Origin: Alphaproteobacteria bacterium
GTDB taxonomy: Bacteria > Pseudomonadota > Alphaproteobacteria > UBA828
Assembly (NCBI GenBank): GCA_965237415.1
Contig: CBDEFM010000002.1
Coordinates: 1,088,001-1,152,000 of the forward strand
DNA length: 64,000 nt
Direction: 5' to 3'
The notes below the pieces were generated by a model that had not been told where the DNA came from, searched no databases, and was given only the letters and a program-made list of their open reading frames with translations. A program made the position numbers and the translations under genes. This document shows, piece by piece, positions 34,031-42,431 of the stretch; the stretch's first letter is position 1, and the number at the start of each line of letters is the position of its first letter.

Positions 34031-37000
34031 AGTCGGCAACGCCGCGCACGACGGCATCGACCACGGCGTCGGCGGGGTTGCCGTCGCCGTCGTAGATGCG
34101 GATGCGCGTCGGGCTGTTCTTGCTGAGCAGCGTCCACGACCAGCCCGCGCCGACCGATTGCAGGGTGATATCGAGGTCGGTCACGAAGCGCAGGTCGGTC
34201 GGCACGATGCGCCCTGTCGCCGCCGTTCCCTGCCACTCGGCGGTGTTGCGATCGAGCAGCTTGCGCTCGGCCGACGGCGCATGGGCGGACCAGCACAGAT
34301 GATCGAGGGAGAGCACCCGGCTGCCGTCGCCGCTCACGCGCCAGCGCAGTTGCAGCCATCGCCCGGCGACGGTGGTTCCTTCCGCATAGGCGGCCCATGA
34401 GGCGGCGGCCACGGCGGCCGCGCTCGCGCCTGCGCGGTACTCGAAGGCGCCGTCGCCCTCGATCTCGGCGGACCAGCGCAGCGCCACGTCGAAGGCGATG
34501 CCGAGATCGACCGGCTCGGCCGCGAAGGCGATCTCGGCGGCGGCGCCGGTGCCGTTGCCGGCGCCCCACGACTGCCAGGCGTCCCATGTCGTGAGATCGT
34601 CCCATGTGTAATCGCCCGCGCCCTCAAGCGCGTCGTAGCCGTCATCGGAGCGCTCGATATCGGTAAGCCTGCCGGGCCAGCCGGCGGCGGAGGGGCAGCG
34701 CCAGAGCAGGGCGTCGCCCTGGCGCTGCGGCCCGAGCTCGGCGACGATGCGCACGTCGCCGGCGGAAAGCCTGCCGCCGGTATCGATGGCGCGGGCGGCG
34801 AAGACCCAGGTTCCCGGCGACGGCTCGACCGTCTCCAGCGGCGAGGCGGTAAGGTGGCCCCGATGCAAGGGCGTCAGTCGATCCCAGCCAAGCGGCGTGC
34901 CGCCGGCGGCGCCGTAGCGGATCAGGACGCCGGCGAGGTCCACATCGGCCGGCGGTTGCCAGCGCAGCCTGCGGGTGCCGTCGCCCAGCACGTCGATCAG
35001 GAAGTTGGTCGGCACGCCCGGCGGGGCGAGGGAGCCCACGATCTCATAGCGTGCGGTGAAGGGAGCGCCGGCGGGCGCGGCCTCGGTGCCGGGTGTCACG
35101 GTCAGGGTGAGGGTCCCTTGGGGCGGCGCGAGCCATTGCGCGGCCGTCTCGCCGTCCACGAGGCGGGCGACAATGCGGGGCGGGGCGTCGTCGACGGATG
35201 CCCGCACGATACCGCCGCGCCAGTCGCCGGCCGTGGTGAGCACGGCGGCGATCTCGACCGCGAAGCCGGCGCCGACGCGCACCTGGGCCTCGGCGAAAGC
35301 GACGCCCAGCACCCGAGGCGCACGGGCGGAAAGCACCGGCAAGGGCGCGGAGAGATCGGCGGTGGCGGCGGCATAATAGGCCTCCACCTCGTCGATGGCG
35401 GTAAAGCGCACGCGCCGGTCGGTAGCGGGCTCGACCGCCGTGATGCGCGCGCGCACCGGCGGCAGGCTCGCATCGTAGAGGCGCCACAAGGTATCGAGGG
35501 GACTCGCGCCTTGGGCGCCCGGCGCCTCGGGGAGCGGATCGTCGAGCTCGATCTCGGCGGTCTCGCCCTGCGCGCCGCCCGCCGCCGAGACGGCCGTTCG
35601 GTGCACCGTGCCGTCCGGCAGGCGGAACAGCATCTCGCCGCCGGCGCTGGAGGTGGTCGCGCCGGAAGGCGCGCGGAGATCGACCGCGCCGGAAGGCGCG
35701 CGAGAAAATGTCGCGCCGGAAGGCGCGCGGAGATCGACCGCGCGGTCGAGGATCACGTGCGCGGCCGTGCCGCCGGCAAGCCGGCCGGCGGCGCCGCCGT
35801 CGATCAGCGAATGGGTGATGTGCACCACGTCGCCGCGCGCGATCGCAAGCCCTTCGGCCGCCATCTCCCAGCTCAAGCGCCGGCGGTGGTAGAGCTGGCG
35901 CGCGGCTTGCAGATTGCACGCGATCGCCGCGTGTTCGGATGAGGTCACGCCTTCGAGCGTGATCGTGGTCGTGGCCGCCGGCGGCCCGTTCACACCCGGC
36001 ACGAGGCGGCGGAGCGTGTTGAACTGCCAATCGAGGTCGGGCTCGATATAGCGCACGGCAATCTCGTCCGCCGCCTGGCCTGCGGCATACTCGACCGCTA
36101 ACGAGCCGGCGACGATGTTGCCGGGCGTCACCAGCGCCGTGGCCGGGCGGCCGGCATCCTCCCAGACGACGCCGAGCTTGCCGGTCTGCCAGCTCGGGCT
36201 CGCGCGGCCGCATTGGGCGATCGTGGTCAGCACCTCGGCATGGGAGCGGGTGCGGTCGAGCACCAGATTGCAGCCGAGCCCCTGGCCCTCGCACCATGCG
36301 CCCCAGGCCTTGATCGAGTCCTCGTCGATGCGCGTATCCGGCAAGCCGACGCCGGCGACCAGGCGGCCGGCGATACGCAGGCCCCGCGCATACCAACGGA
36401 ACAGCCAAGCCGGATTGGAGGTCGCGGCAGGTGCGGTCCAGCGGGCGCCGTCCCACGTCGGCACGCGCTGGCGCACCATGGCGGAGAGACGATCGAGGCG
36501 GCCGGAAAGCTGGCCGGTGGCGCGGATGCGGAGCCCTAAGCGGGTCTGGCCGCTATAGTCGCCGATGTCGATCTGATAGGCGCGCAGCGCCGCCCAGGCG
36601 AGCTCGTCGTGCACACGATCGGAGGGGTCGGGGTCGGCGGTGCGGCGCACGCGCACGGTCCACGTGCCGGCGCTGGCGAGGTCATAGGCGAAGGTGCGGC
36701 GCAACGGCGCTTGGCTGTCGTGCATGAGGGTGATCGTGCGGCGCTGGGTGGCCTGGCCCGGCGCCCGCCATTCGATCTCGATCTCGGCGCTGTTGGCCTG
36801 AATCTCGCCCTCGTCGTCGATGCGAAAGAGGCGGCCGGTGATATCGACGCCGATGCGCCGCGTGCCGGCGGCGGTCGTGCGCTCAAGCCATTGCGTGTCG
36901 TCGAGGGCGCCGCCGGCGATGCTGTCCACGTTGCCGGCGACGAGGGTAATGCGGCCTCGGGCGTCGCCGAACTCGGTCTCGACTTCCTCGTAGGAATCGA

Positions 37001-37790
37001 GGGCGGTGGTGCCGATCCTGAGATCGTCCACGGCGAGGTCGCCGAGGCCGAAGTTGAAAATCTGATGGAGGACGTGATCGTCGCCCGAGATCTCCGTGTA
37101 TTCCGCGGCGCCGAGGTCGGGAAAGACGCGGTGCGCGCCCAACACCAGAAGCAAGGGCTCATAGGCGCGCGCGCGGTTGGCGCCGCCGCTGAGGCTGTAG
37201 ATGGGCTCAATGGCGCGTGGGCGGGCGGCATCGGGCAGGATCGGCGGGGCGATGGCGTTGACGATGAGGCCGCCGGCAATGGTGATGGCGGCGCCGGCGA
37301 GCGTTTGCGCCCACGTGGCGGTGAAGAGCAGGGGCGGCACGACGATGGCGGCGACGAGCACGCCGATTTGCAGGATGGTGCGCAGCGGATTCTTGTCGCC
37401 GCCGCCATCGGCCAGCGCGGCGCGCAGAGTCACGATCTCGCCGCCCTTGAGCGGGGTCTCGCGCCACGCCGCGCGGGCGACAGGGCGGCCGTCCACGGCG
37501 ACGGCTATCTCCGCCCCACCGCTGCGCTGCTTGAGGGCGGTTATCCATTCCTGCTCGATCAGATCGGCAACGGTGGCGCCGATCGCGCGCCCACGCGCGT
37601 CAACGCGCGACGGAAGCGCACAGACGCGCATCTCGCGCCCTTGGGCTGTCAGTCCATGGGGCCAGAGATCGGTTGTTATGAGCTGTTCGGTCGCCCTGCC
37701 GCTGGACTGCTGGAGGGCGATATCGCTCGCCCTAGCGGCGGACTCATTTACCGCGCGCGCAGGGGCGCGCGACAGGGCGGTTATCTCCAT
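34029..37790 (-). CDS. Tail tip / host-specificity protein J with an N-terminal gpI-like domain
   Basis: AVDGRPV..W...LKGGEIV..GGGDKNPLRTIL (gpI-like); YSLSGGANRARAYEP, FNFGLGDL, ATSNPAW, LQAARQLY, RGDVVHITH. Confidence 0.85.
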   Translation of the reverse strand: MEITALSRAPARAVNESAARASDIALQQSSGRATEQLITTDLWPHGLTAQGREMRVCALPSRVDARGRAIGATVADLIEQEWITALKQRSGGAEIAVAVDGRPVARAAWRETPLKGGEIVTLRAALADGGGDKNPLRTILQIGVLVAAIVVPPLLFTATWAQTLAGAAITIAGGLIVNAIAPPILPDAARPRAIEPIYSLSGGANRARAYEPLLLVLGAHRVFPDLGAAEYTEISGDDHVLHQIFNFGLGDLAVDDLRIGTTALDSYEEVETEFGDARGRITLVAGNVDSIAGGALDDTQWLERTTAAGTRRIGVDITGRLFRIDDEGEIQANSAEIEIEWRAPGQATQRRTITLMHDSQAPLRRTFAYDLASAGTWTVRVRRTADPDPSDRVHDELAWAALRAYQIDIGDYSGQTRLGLRIRATGQLSGRLDRLSAMVRQRVPTWDGARWTAPAATSNPAWLFRWYARGLRIAGRLVAGVGLPDTRIDEDSIKAWGAWCEGQGLGCNLVLDRTRSHAEVLTTIAQCGRASPSWQTGKLGVVWEDAGRPATALVTPGNIVAGSLAVEYAAGQAADEIAVRYIEPDLDWQFNTLRRLVPGVNGPPAATTTITLEGVTSSEHAAIACNLQAARQLYHRRRLSWEMAAEGLAIARGDVVHITHSLIDGGAAGRLAGGTAAHVILDRAVDLRAPSGATFSRAPSGAVDLRAPSGATTSSAGGEMLFRLPDGTVHRTAVSAAGGAQGETAEIELDDPLPEAPGAQGASPLDTLWRLYDASLPPVRARITAVEPATDRRVRFTAIDEVEAYYAAATADLSAPLPVLSARAPRVLGVAFAEAQVRVGAGFAVEIAAVLTTAGDWRGGIVRASVDDAPPRIVARLVDGETAAQWLAPPQGTLTLTVTPGTEAAPAGAPFTARYEIVGSLAPPGVPTNFLIDVLGDGTRRLRWQPPADVDLAGVLIRYGAAGGTPLGWDRLTPLHRGHLTASPLETVEPSPGTWVFAARAIDTGGRLSAGDVRIVAELGPQRQGDALLWRCPSAAGWPGRLTDIERSDDGYDALEGAGDYTWDDLTTWDAWQSWGAGNGTGAAAEIAFAAEPVDLGIAFDVALRWSAEIEGDGAFEYRAGASAAAVAAASWAAYAEGTTVAGRWLQLRWRVSGDGSRVLSLDHLCWSAHAPSAERKLLDRNTAEWQGTAATGRIVPTDLRFVTDLDITLQSVGAGWSWTLLSKNSPTRIRIYDGDGNPADAVVDAVVRGVAD
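35657..35742 (-). repeat. Three in-frame RAPSGA hairpin units inside J
   Basis: CGCGCC-TTCC-GGCGCG three times; translates AVDLRAPSGATFSRAPSGAVDLRAPSGA. Confidence 0.85.
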
Positions 37791-38203
37791 CGGTAGACGC
37801 CTTCGAGCACGAGCGCGCGGCGGTCGAGATCGCGCAACGGATGCAGGATCGAGCCCACGCCCTTGAGGCAATGCAGCACGTAAGGCGCGCCCCCGACGGC
37901 GCACCAGATGCCGATATGGTGGCCCACGCTGTGCCGCCTGGCGGCGGCCGCCATCAGCACGCCGTCGCCCTCGCGCGGCGCCCCCATAGTTCCGCGCGCC
38001 TCCGGCGCGACGCGCACCGCGTAGATGCCCTTGAGCGCCGCGATCTGGCGGTCCCACGCGCGCGTACCCGTCTCATGGGCCGGGAGCGCGAGCTCGCGGC
38101 CGAAGCGCTCGCGCATGACCGCCGCCACGAAGTCGGCGCAGTCGTGCCGCCCCTCGACGTAAGCGCGCCCGATGTAGGACTCGGCCCAATGACTCTTATT
38201 CAT
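37781..38203 (-). CDS. NlpC/P60 tail assembly protein (gpK-like)
   Basis: WAESYIGRAY..HDCADFV, REGDGVLM, HHIGIW, VLHC; Cys-His-His present. Confidence 0.82.
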   Translation of the reverse strand: MNKSHWAESYIGRAYVEGRHDCADFVAAVMRERFGRELALPAHETGTRAWDRQIAALKGIYAVRVAPEARGTMGAPREGDGVLMAAAARRHSVGHHIGIWCAVGGAPYVLHCLKGVGSILHPLRDLDRRALVLEGVYRWR

Positions 38204-38204
38204 T

Positions 38205-38295
38205 TCCCTCATGCGCCGGGCGCTCGCTCCGCTCGCTTGGCTACGCGCTGCGCGCGCGGCGCGGTCGCGCCGTCCGGGCCTGCGGCCCGGCCCCC
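38205..38295 (+). repeat. About 90-bp dispersed palindromic repeat, copy 1
   Basis: tccctca..cgccgggcgctcgctccgctcgcttggctacgcgc...ccgggcctgcggcccgg. Confidence 0.85.
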
Positions 38296-38333
38296 TACCG
38301 GCCCACGCCGTACTTGTTGCCGCGCATCCCACA

Positions 38334-39935
38334 TCAAAACAGCCCCGGCGAGGTCTGCGGATCGTGGCGCAGCGTTACGGCGGCGCGGCCGAGCAAGGGG
38401 TCGAAGCCCAAGCGCGCGGTCACGCGCTCCTGATCGACCGCCATGCCGGCCACGTCCAGCGTCACCTCCCACTCGACCGGCGGATCGTCGATGTCGAGCA
38501 CCTGCATGACGCGCACGCTGGCGCCGACGCCACCGCCTGTCGCCTCGATCCATTGCGTGAGCGCGCGCCCCACGTTGTCGATGGCAAGCTCGGCCTGCGG
38601 CGCCTGGCCGGCGATATCGTCGGCGAGCCGGGCGTCGAAGCGGAGCGCGACATAGTCGTTGCCCTCGATCGCGCGCCCGATCGTGTCGTTGATGACCCGC
38701 ACCGGCTGGGCGATGGCGGGATGGCTGATCTCAAGCGCGGTGAGCAGGCGATCGGCGGGCGCGGCCTCGCGCAACGCGCGCCGGTAGCGGATTTCGGCCG
38801 GGCGCACGCGCTCGATCCGGGCGGAGACCTGCGCCCTGCCGGCGGCGGCGAGGCCCCGGAGCGCGCGGACGTAGGCGATGTCGAGCCGGACACGGGCTTG
38901 CGCCCTGCCCGCGGCGGCGGCGGTGCCCCGCACCATGCGGATCGCGGGGGTCACGCGCAGCACGCGCGCGCGCACCTGCGGCGCGCCGGCCTCGGCCACG
39001 CCGCGCGTCTCGACAACAGTGCGGGCCGGGCGCGCCAGCGCGAAGATAAAGCGCTCGCCATCGGCAATGTCGTCGATGAGCGATAACAGGCCGACCGCGA
39101 GCGGGCCGAACTGAATCATGTTGCCGCCCTCGCGCCCGTGATCGCTTGCAGGAAACGAGGCGGCGCCGTCGTGTGTCTGAATGTAAAGAGTGAGATCGGC
39201 GCCCGCGCCGCCGGGGCTGAAATACGCCGCAAGCGAAAGCGGATCGTTGTCGTTGATCGCGAGCATCGTTCCGTTGCGCCGCCTGATCCGGGTGATCGCG
39301 GCCTCGTCCGCGCCGAGGCCGAGCTCGCCGTCGAGCAACGCGCCCACGGCGCCACGCGGCGGCGAGGCATAGATCGTGCCGCCGCTGCCGCTGCCGGCGC
39401 GGATCAGCGCGAGCACGTCGAACTCAAGCCCGCGCCCGTCGAAGTCCGAAAGCGCCAGCGCCGGCACGACGTCGATCCTGGCGCGGGTCTCCGCCCCGCC
39501 GGCGGCCGCGCCGCGCACCGCGTGCACCGCGACATCCGGGAGGCCGTCGGTAAGGGTCAGCGTGAAGTCGCCGACCGCGGAAGCGAACCACGAGCTCATC
39601 GCGGCGCCGTTGTCCGGCGACCAGAAATAGGGCTCGCTGGCGTCGGCGAAGCTATTGTCGGCGTTGCCGGGGCCTTTCAGCACGAGGGTCGAGGCCTCGA
39701 CCGTGAAGGTAAAGGCGCTGTCGGCCGTCTCGAATGCCTCGGTGAACTCGGGCCCGACGTTCTCCGGGTCGGCGGTGGCGGTGGCCGAAAGGCGGACCTG
39801 GAAATTGTTGCCGATCCCGCGGATGAAGCGCAGATAGGCGGTGACCCCGCCCTCGATCAGGGCGGGGTCGATCAGCGCCGCCCCGGACCATCCCTCGCCG
39901 CCGGGGCCGGCGAGCTCGAGAACCTGCGTCGCCAT
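38334..39935 (-). CDS. DUF1833-like (gpL-type) tail-tip protein with a long N-terminal extension
   Basis: C-terminal LLTALEISHPAI..PVRVINDT..AELAIDNVGRALTQWIE..RHDPQTSPGLF. Confidence 0.72.
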   Translation of the reverse strand: MATQVLELAGPGGEGWSGAALIDPALIEGGVTAYLRFIRGIGNNFQVRLSATATADPENVGPEFTEAFETADSAFTFTVEASTLVLKGPGNADNSFADASEPYFWSPDNGAAMSSWFASAVGDFTLTLTDGLPDVAVHAVRGAAAGGAETRARIDVVPALALSDFDGRGLEFDVLALIRAGSGSGGTIYASPPRGAVGALLDGELGLGADEAAITRIRRRNGTMLAINDNDPLSLAAYFSPGGAGADLTLYIQTHDGAASFPASDHGREGGNMIQFGPLAVGLLSLIDDIADGERFIFALARPARTVVETRGVAEAGAPQVRARVLRVTPAIRMVRGTAAAAGRAQARVRLDIAYVRALRGLAAAGRAQVSARIERVRPAEIRYRRALREAAPADRLLTALEISHPAIAQPVRVINDTIGRAIEGNDYVALRFDARLADDIAGQAPQAELAIDNVGRALTQWIEATGGGVGASVRVMQVLDIDDPPVEWEVTLDVAGMAVDQERVTARLGFDPLLGRAAVTLRHDPQTSPGLF

Positions 39936-39965
39936 CTATCGTCTCCCGACGCCGCCGGCTTGGGC

Positions 39966-40358
39966 TCAGGTGCCGGCCGGGATACGCACGACGACAGCGC
40001 CGGCCGGTACCCGCAGAATGTCGTCTTCCGTTTGTTGCGAGACCGTGGCGGGCATGCCCTGGTCGTTGAGCAGGCGGCCCCAGGCGCGGACGTTGCCGCC
40101 GGCGGCGGCCGTCATGATGGCGAAGTGGGTGGCGTTCTCGACCAGCGCCGTGGGCGCGAAGTCCACGGCCGCGAGGTTCTTCGCCTCGCCCGCCGGATTG
40201 CCGGCCTCGCGGCCGAGGTCGATTTCCGCCCGGCCGGCGGCCGCAATGAGATTGTTGCCCGCTGCCGTCGGGTCGGCACTGGCGAGCGCCAGATGATCGT
40301 CGCCGGCATTGGCGATGGCGAGCACCGCCCGATTCTGTTCCGCCGCTGCAATAGGCAT
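39966..40358 (-). CDS. Hypothetical phage tail-region protein
   Basis: AAGGAG RBS; HLALASADPT, ATHFAIMTAAAGGN recall small phage tail structural proteins. Confidence 0.65.
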   Translation of the reverse strand: MPIAAAEQNRAVLAIANAGDDHLALASADPTAAGNNLIAAAGRAEIDLGREAGNPAGEAKNLAAVDFAPTALVENATHFAIMTAAAGGNVRAWGRLLNDQGMPATVSQQTEDDILRVPAGAVVVRIPAGT

Positions 40359-40417
40359 GATCTCTCTCCTCTTAGTGTTCCCTCAAGTAACGGACGCTTG
40401 CAGGGATGTGGACGATG

Positions 40418-40510
40418 AGGGGTACCGGGCCGCAGGCCCGGACGGCGCGACCGCGCCGCGCGCGTAGCGCGAAGCCAAGCGAGCGGAGCGAGCGCCCGGC
40501 GACTAAGGGA
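40418..40510 (-). repeat. About 90-bp dispersed repeat, copy 2 (inverted)
   Basis: Reverse complement nearly identical to copy 1. Confidence 0.85.
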
Positions 40511-40523
40511 TATGAAAAACGAC

Positions 40524-40898
40524 TCACAGCCCGACGCCCTCAAGATCGAGGGACGCCTCCCACGTGCGCCGGCCGTCGCCACCGATGCGCGCGGTGTATT
40601 CGATCCCGCCGGCGCCGCCGCGCACGCGGACCTGGTGCACGCTGCCGCTTTCCGGCGCGGTCCAGGCAAACCAGCGGTGGGCGCAGTCAGCGGCCCAGGC
40701 GCGGAAGCGCCGATAGTCGCCGTCGTTCGCGATCAAGACGGTGATCGAGAGTGCGGTGAACGCGCTCGCGTAGCGGCGTTCCTGGCGGATCAGCCCGTCG
40801 TCGAAGGGCGTGCGGTCCACGTCGTTATCGTCGGCGACGGTGTGGCCGTCCGCCTCGACCGATGCATAGGAAGGCCAGACAAGGCCGGCGGCGCTCAC
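40524..40898 (-). CDS. Minor tail protein (gpM/distal-tail-like)
   Basis: WPSYA, VDRTPFDDGLIRQERR, FRAWA..WFAW; lies directly after the tape measure gene. Confidence 0.65.
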   Translation of the reverse strand: MSAAGLVWPSYASVEADGHTVADDNDVDRTPFDDGLIRQERRYASAFTALSITVLIANDGDYRRFRAWAADCAHRWFAWTAPESGSVHQVRVRGGAGGIEYTARIGGDGRRTWEASLDLEGVGL

Positions 40899-40907
40899 TT
40901 ATTCTTT

Positions 40908-41003
40908 TCCCTCAGTCGCCGGGCGCTCGCTCCGCTCGCTTGGCTACGCGCCGTTCGGCGCGGCGCGCAGTCGCGCGCTCCGGGCCGCTGCACGGCCCGG
41001 CCC
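40908..41003 (+). repeat. About 90-bp dispersed repeat, copy 3
   Basis: tccctcagtcgccgggcgctcgctccgctcgcttggctacgcgc...ccgggccgctgcacggcccgg. Confidence 0.85.
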
Positions 41004-41013
41004 TTCACCCGCG

Positions 41014-41832
41014 TCATGGGAGTCCTCCGCCGAGCTCGCGTTGCATGGTCTGCCTGATCGGCCCGCCGCGCCGGATATCGTCGGTCACGACGGTCACGAT
41101 CAGGCCGCGCGGATCGAGGCGCACCTCGCGGCTTACCTCGCGCTGCGGCGTGCCGCGATTCTCGAAGGTGATCTCGACGGAAGGCGCCGCGAGGGTGGCC
41201 CCACGCGGGAGCACGGTTTCGCCCGCCTGAGCGATGATCGGCACTTCGTCCGGCCGCAAGCCGGCGATACCGCCGTCCGGCCGGAGGCCGGCAATACCGC
41301 CAGAGTGGAAGCGTGGCGCCAGCGCGAAGACGGCCGGCGGCACCGCGCGCCTCACGCCGCCGGGCTGGCCCGCGACGGCGCCGGCGTGACCAACGCCGGC
41401 TTGCAAGCGACCGAACACGGCCGAGCCGGGGGTCGCCCCGCCGCCGAGTGCGCCGAACAGCAGATCGGTGAGCGGTTGGGTGATGTAGCGCCGCGTCGCC
41501 AGCCGGGCGAGGTCCGCGATCACGGAATCGACGAAGCCCGAGAACGAGACCCTGCCCGTGGTCACGAAACGGGCAAGCGCCGACTCCATGGCACCGAAGA
41601 CGCTCTCGGCTGCGTCCCTGGCCTGGTCGAGGGTGCTCCCGCTCTCCCGACCGAGGGCGCCGAGCGCCGTCGTGAGCGCCTGAGCCGCGCCGGTCGCGCC
41701 CGTCAGCGCCGTGCCGGCCTCGTCACCCCGCCGCGCGGAATCGCCGAGGGAACGATTCAGCGCCCCGATTCCTTTGATCGCCTCGCGCATGTCCGCACGA
41801 ACGCGAAGCGCGAGTTCGAGATCAGCGGGCAT
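41014..41832 (-). CDS. Miniature tail tape measure protein
   Basis: N-terminal DLELALRVRAD; C-terminal lambda-type MESALARFVTTGRVSFSGFVDSVIADLARL, APRFHSGG, DEVPIIAQAGETVL. Confidence 0.8.
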   Translation of the reverse strand: MPADLELALRVRADMREAIKGIGALNRSLGDSARRGDEAGTALTGATGAAQALTTALGALGRESGSTLDQARDAAESVFGAMESALARFVTTGRVSFSGFVDSVIADLARLATRRYITQPLTDLLFGALGGGATPGSAVFGRLQAGVGHAGAVAGQPGGVRRAVPPAVFALAPRFHSGGIAGLRPDGGIAGLRPDEVPIIAQAGETVLPRGATLAAPSVEITFENRGTPQREVSREVRLDPRGLIVTVVTDDIRRGGPIRQTMQRELGGGLP

Positions 41833-41844
41833 CGCTCATCTCCC

Positions 41845-42030
41845 TCAGACTTGCTCGGTCGCCGCGCGGTAGAAGAGGACGATCTGCCGCCACGTCAGGC
41901 GCTCGCTGAGGTCGAGGTGGCCGCGTCCGTGGCCGGCACGGACGAGGGTGTCGAGCACCCGGTAGAGCGCAACGGGCTGGCCTTCTCGCCCTTCGCCCGC
42001 GTCGCCACCTGGGCCATGACGCGGCGCAAA
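41845..42030 (-). CDS. Putative -1 frameshift extension (GT part) of the tail chaperone
   Basis: The -1 frame is open from the T8 run to a stop 13 nt before the tape measure start; LVRAGH..LTWRQIVLF. Confidence 0.55.
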   Translation of the reverse strand, partial: FAPRHGPGGDAGEGREGQPVALYRVLDTLVRAGHGRGHLDLSERLTWRQIVLFYRAATEQV

Positions 42031-42431
42031 AAAAAGCCGCCGTTCGCCGCCCACATCGCCTCCGAGAGCGCGCGCCCGTCCGCATCGCTCAGGCGGGCAA
42101 GCCAGGCCGCGTCCCGGCCGCACGCCCGGGCGGCGAGCTCCAGCCAGAGCGACGCATGGGCAGCGAGCGCGCCTTCGATCGCCAGCGCGTCCGGCCCTTC
42201 TGCCTCTTTTCCGCGCGCGTCCCGCGCGACCTCAGCGTCCGTGCCGTCTTTGCCGGCCGGCACCAGGGCCGCGAGGGCAGCGAGCAATGGCCGCGCCAGC
42301 GCCGTCGCCTCCAGCCCTTCGCGAAAGCGGAACTCCCGCACGGTGAGCGTGACCGGCTCGCGGGTCTCGGGGTCGCGCACCGTCACGTCGCAGTCCGGGA
42401 ACAGGACCGAGAGCTCGTCGACCCCATCCAT
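41895..42431 (-). CDS. Tail assembly chaperone (gpG-like)
   Basis: Lies between tube and tape measure; ELSVLFPD, LTVREFRFREGL, WAANGGFFLRR. Confidence 0.75.
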   Translation of the reverse strand: MDGVDELSVLFPDCDVTVRDPETREPVTLTVREFRFREGLEATALARPLLAALAALVPAGKDGTDAEVARDARGKEAEGPDALAIEGALAAHASLWLELAARACGRDAAWLARLSDADGRALSEAMWAANGGFFLRRVMAQVATRAKGEKASPLRSTGCSTPSSVPATDAATSTSASA

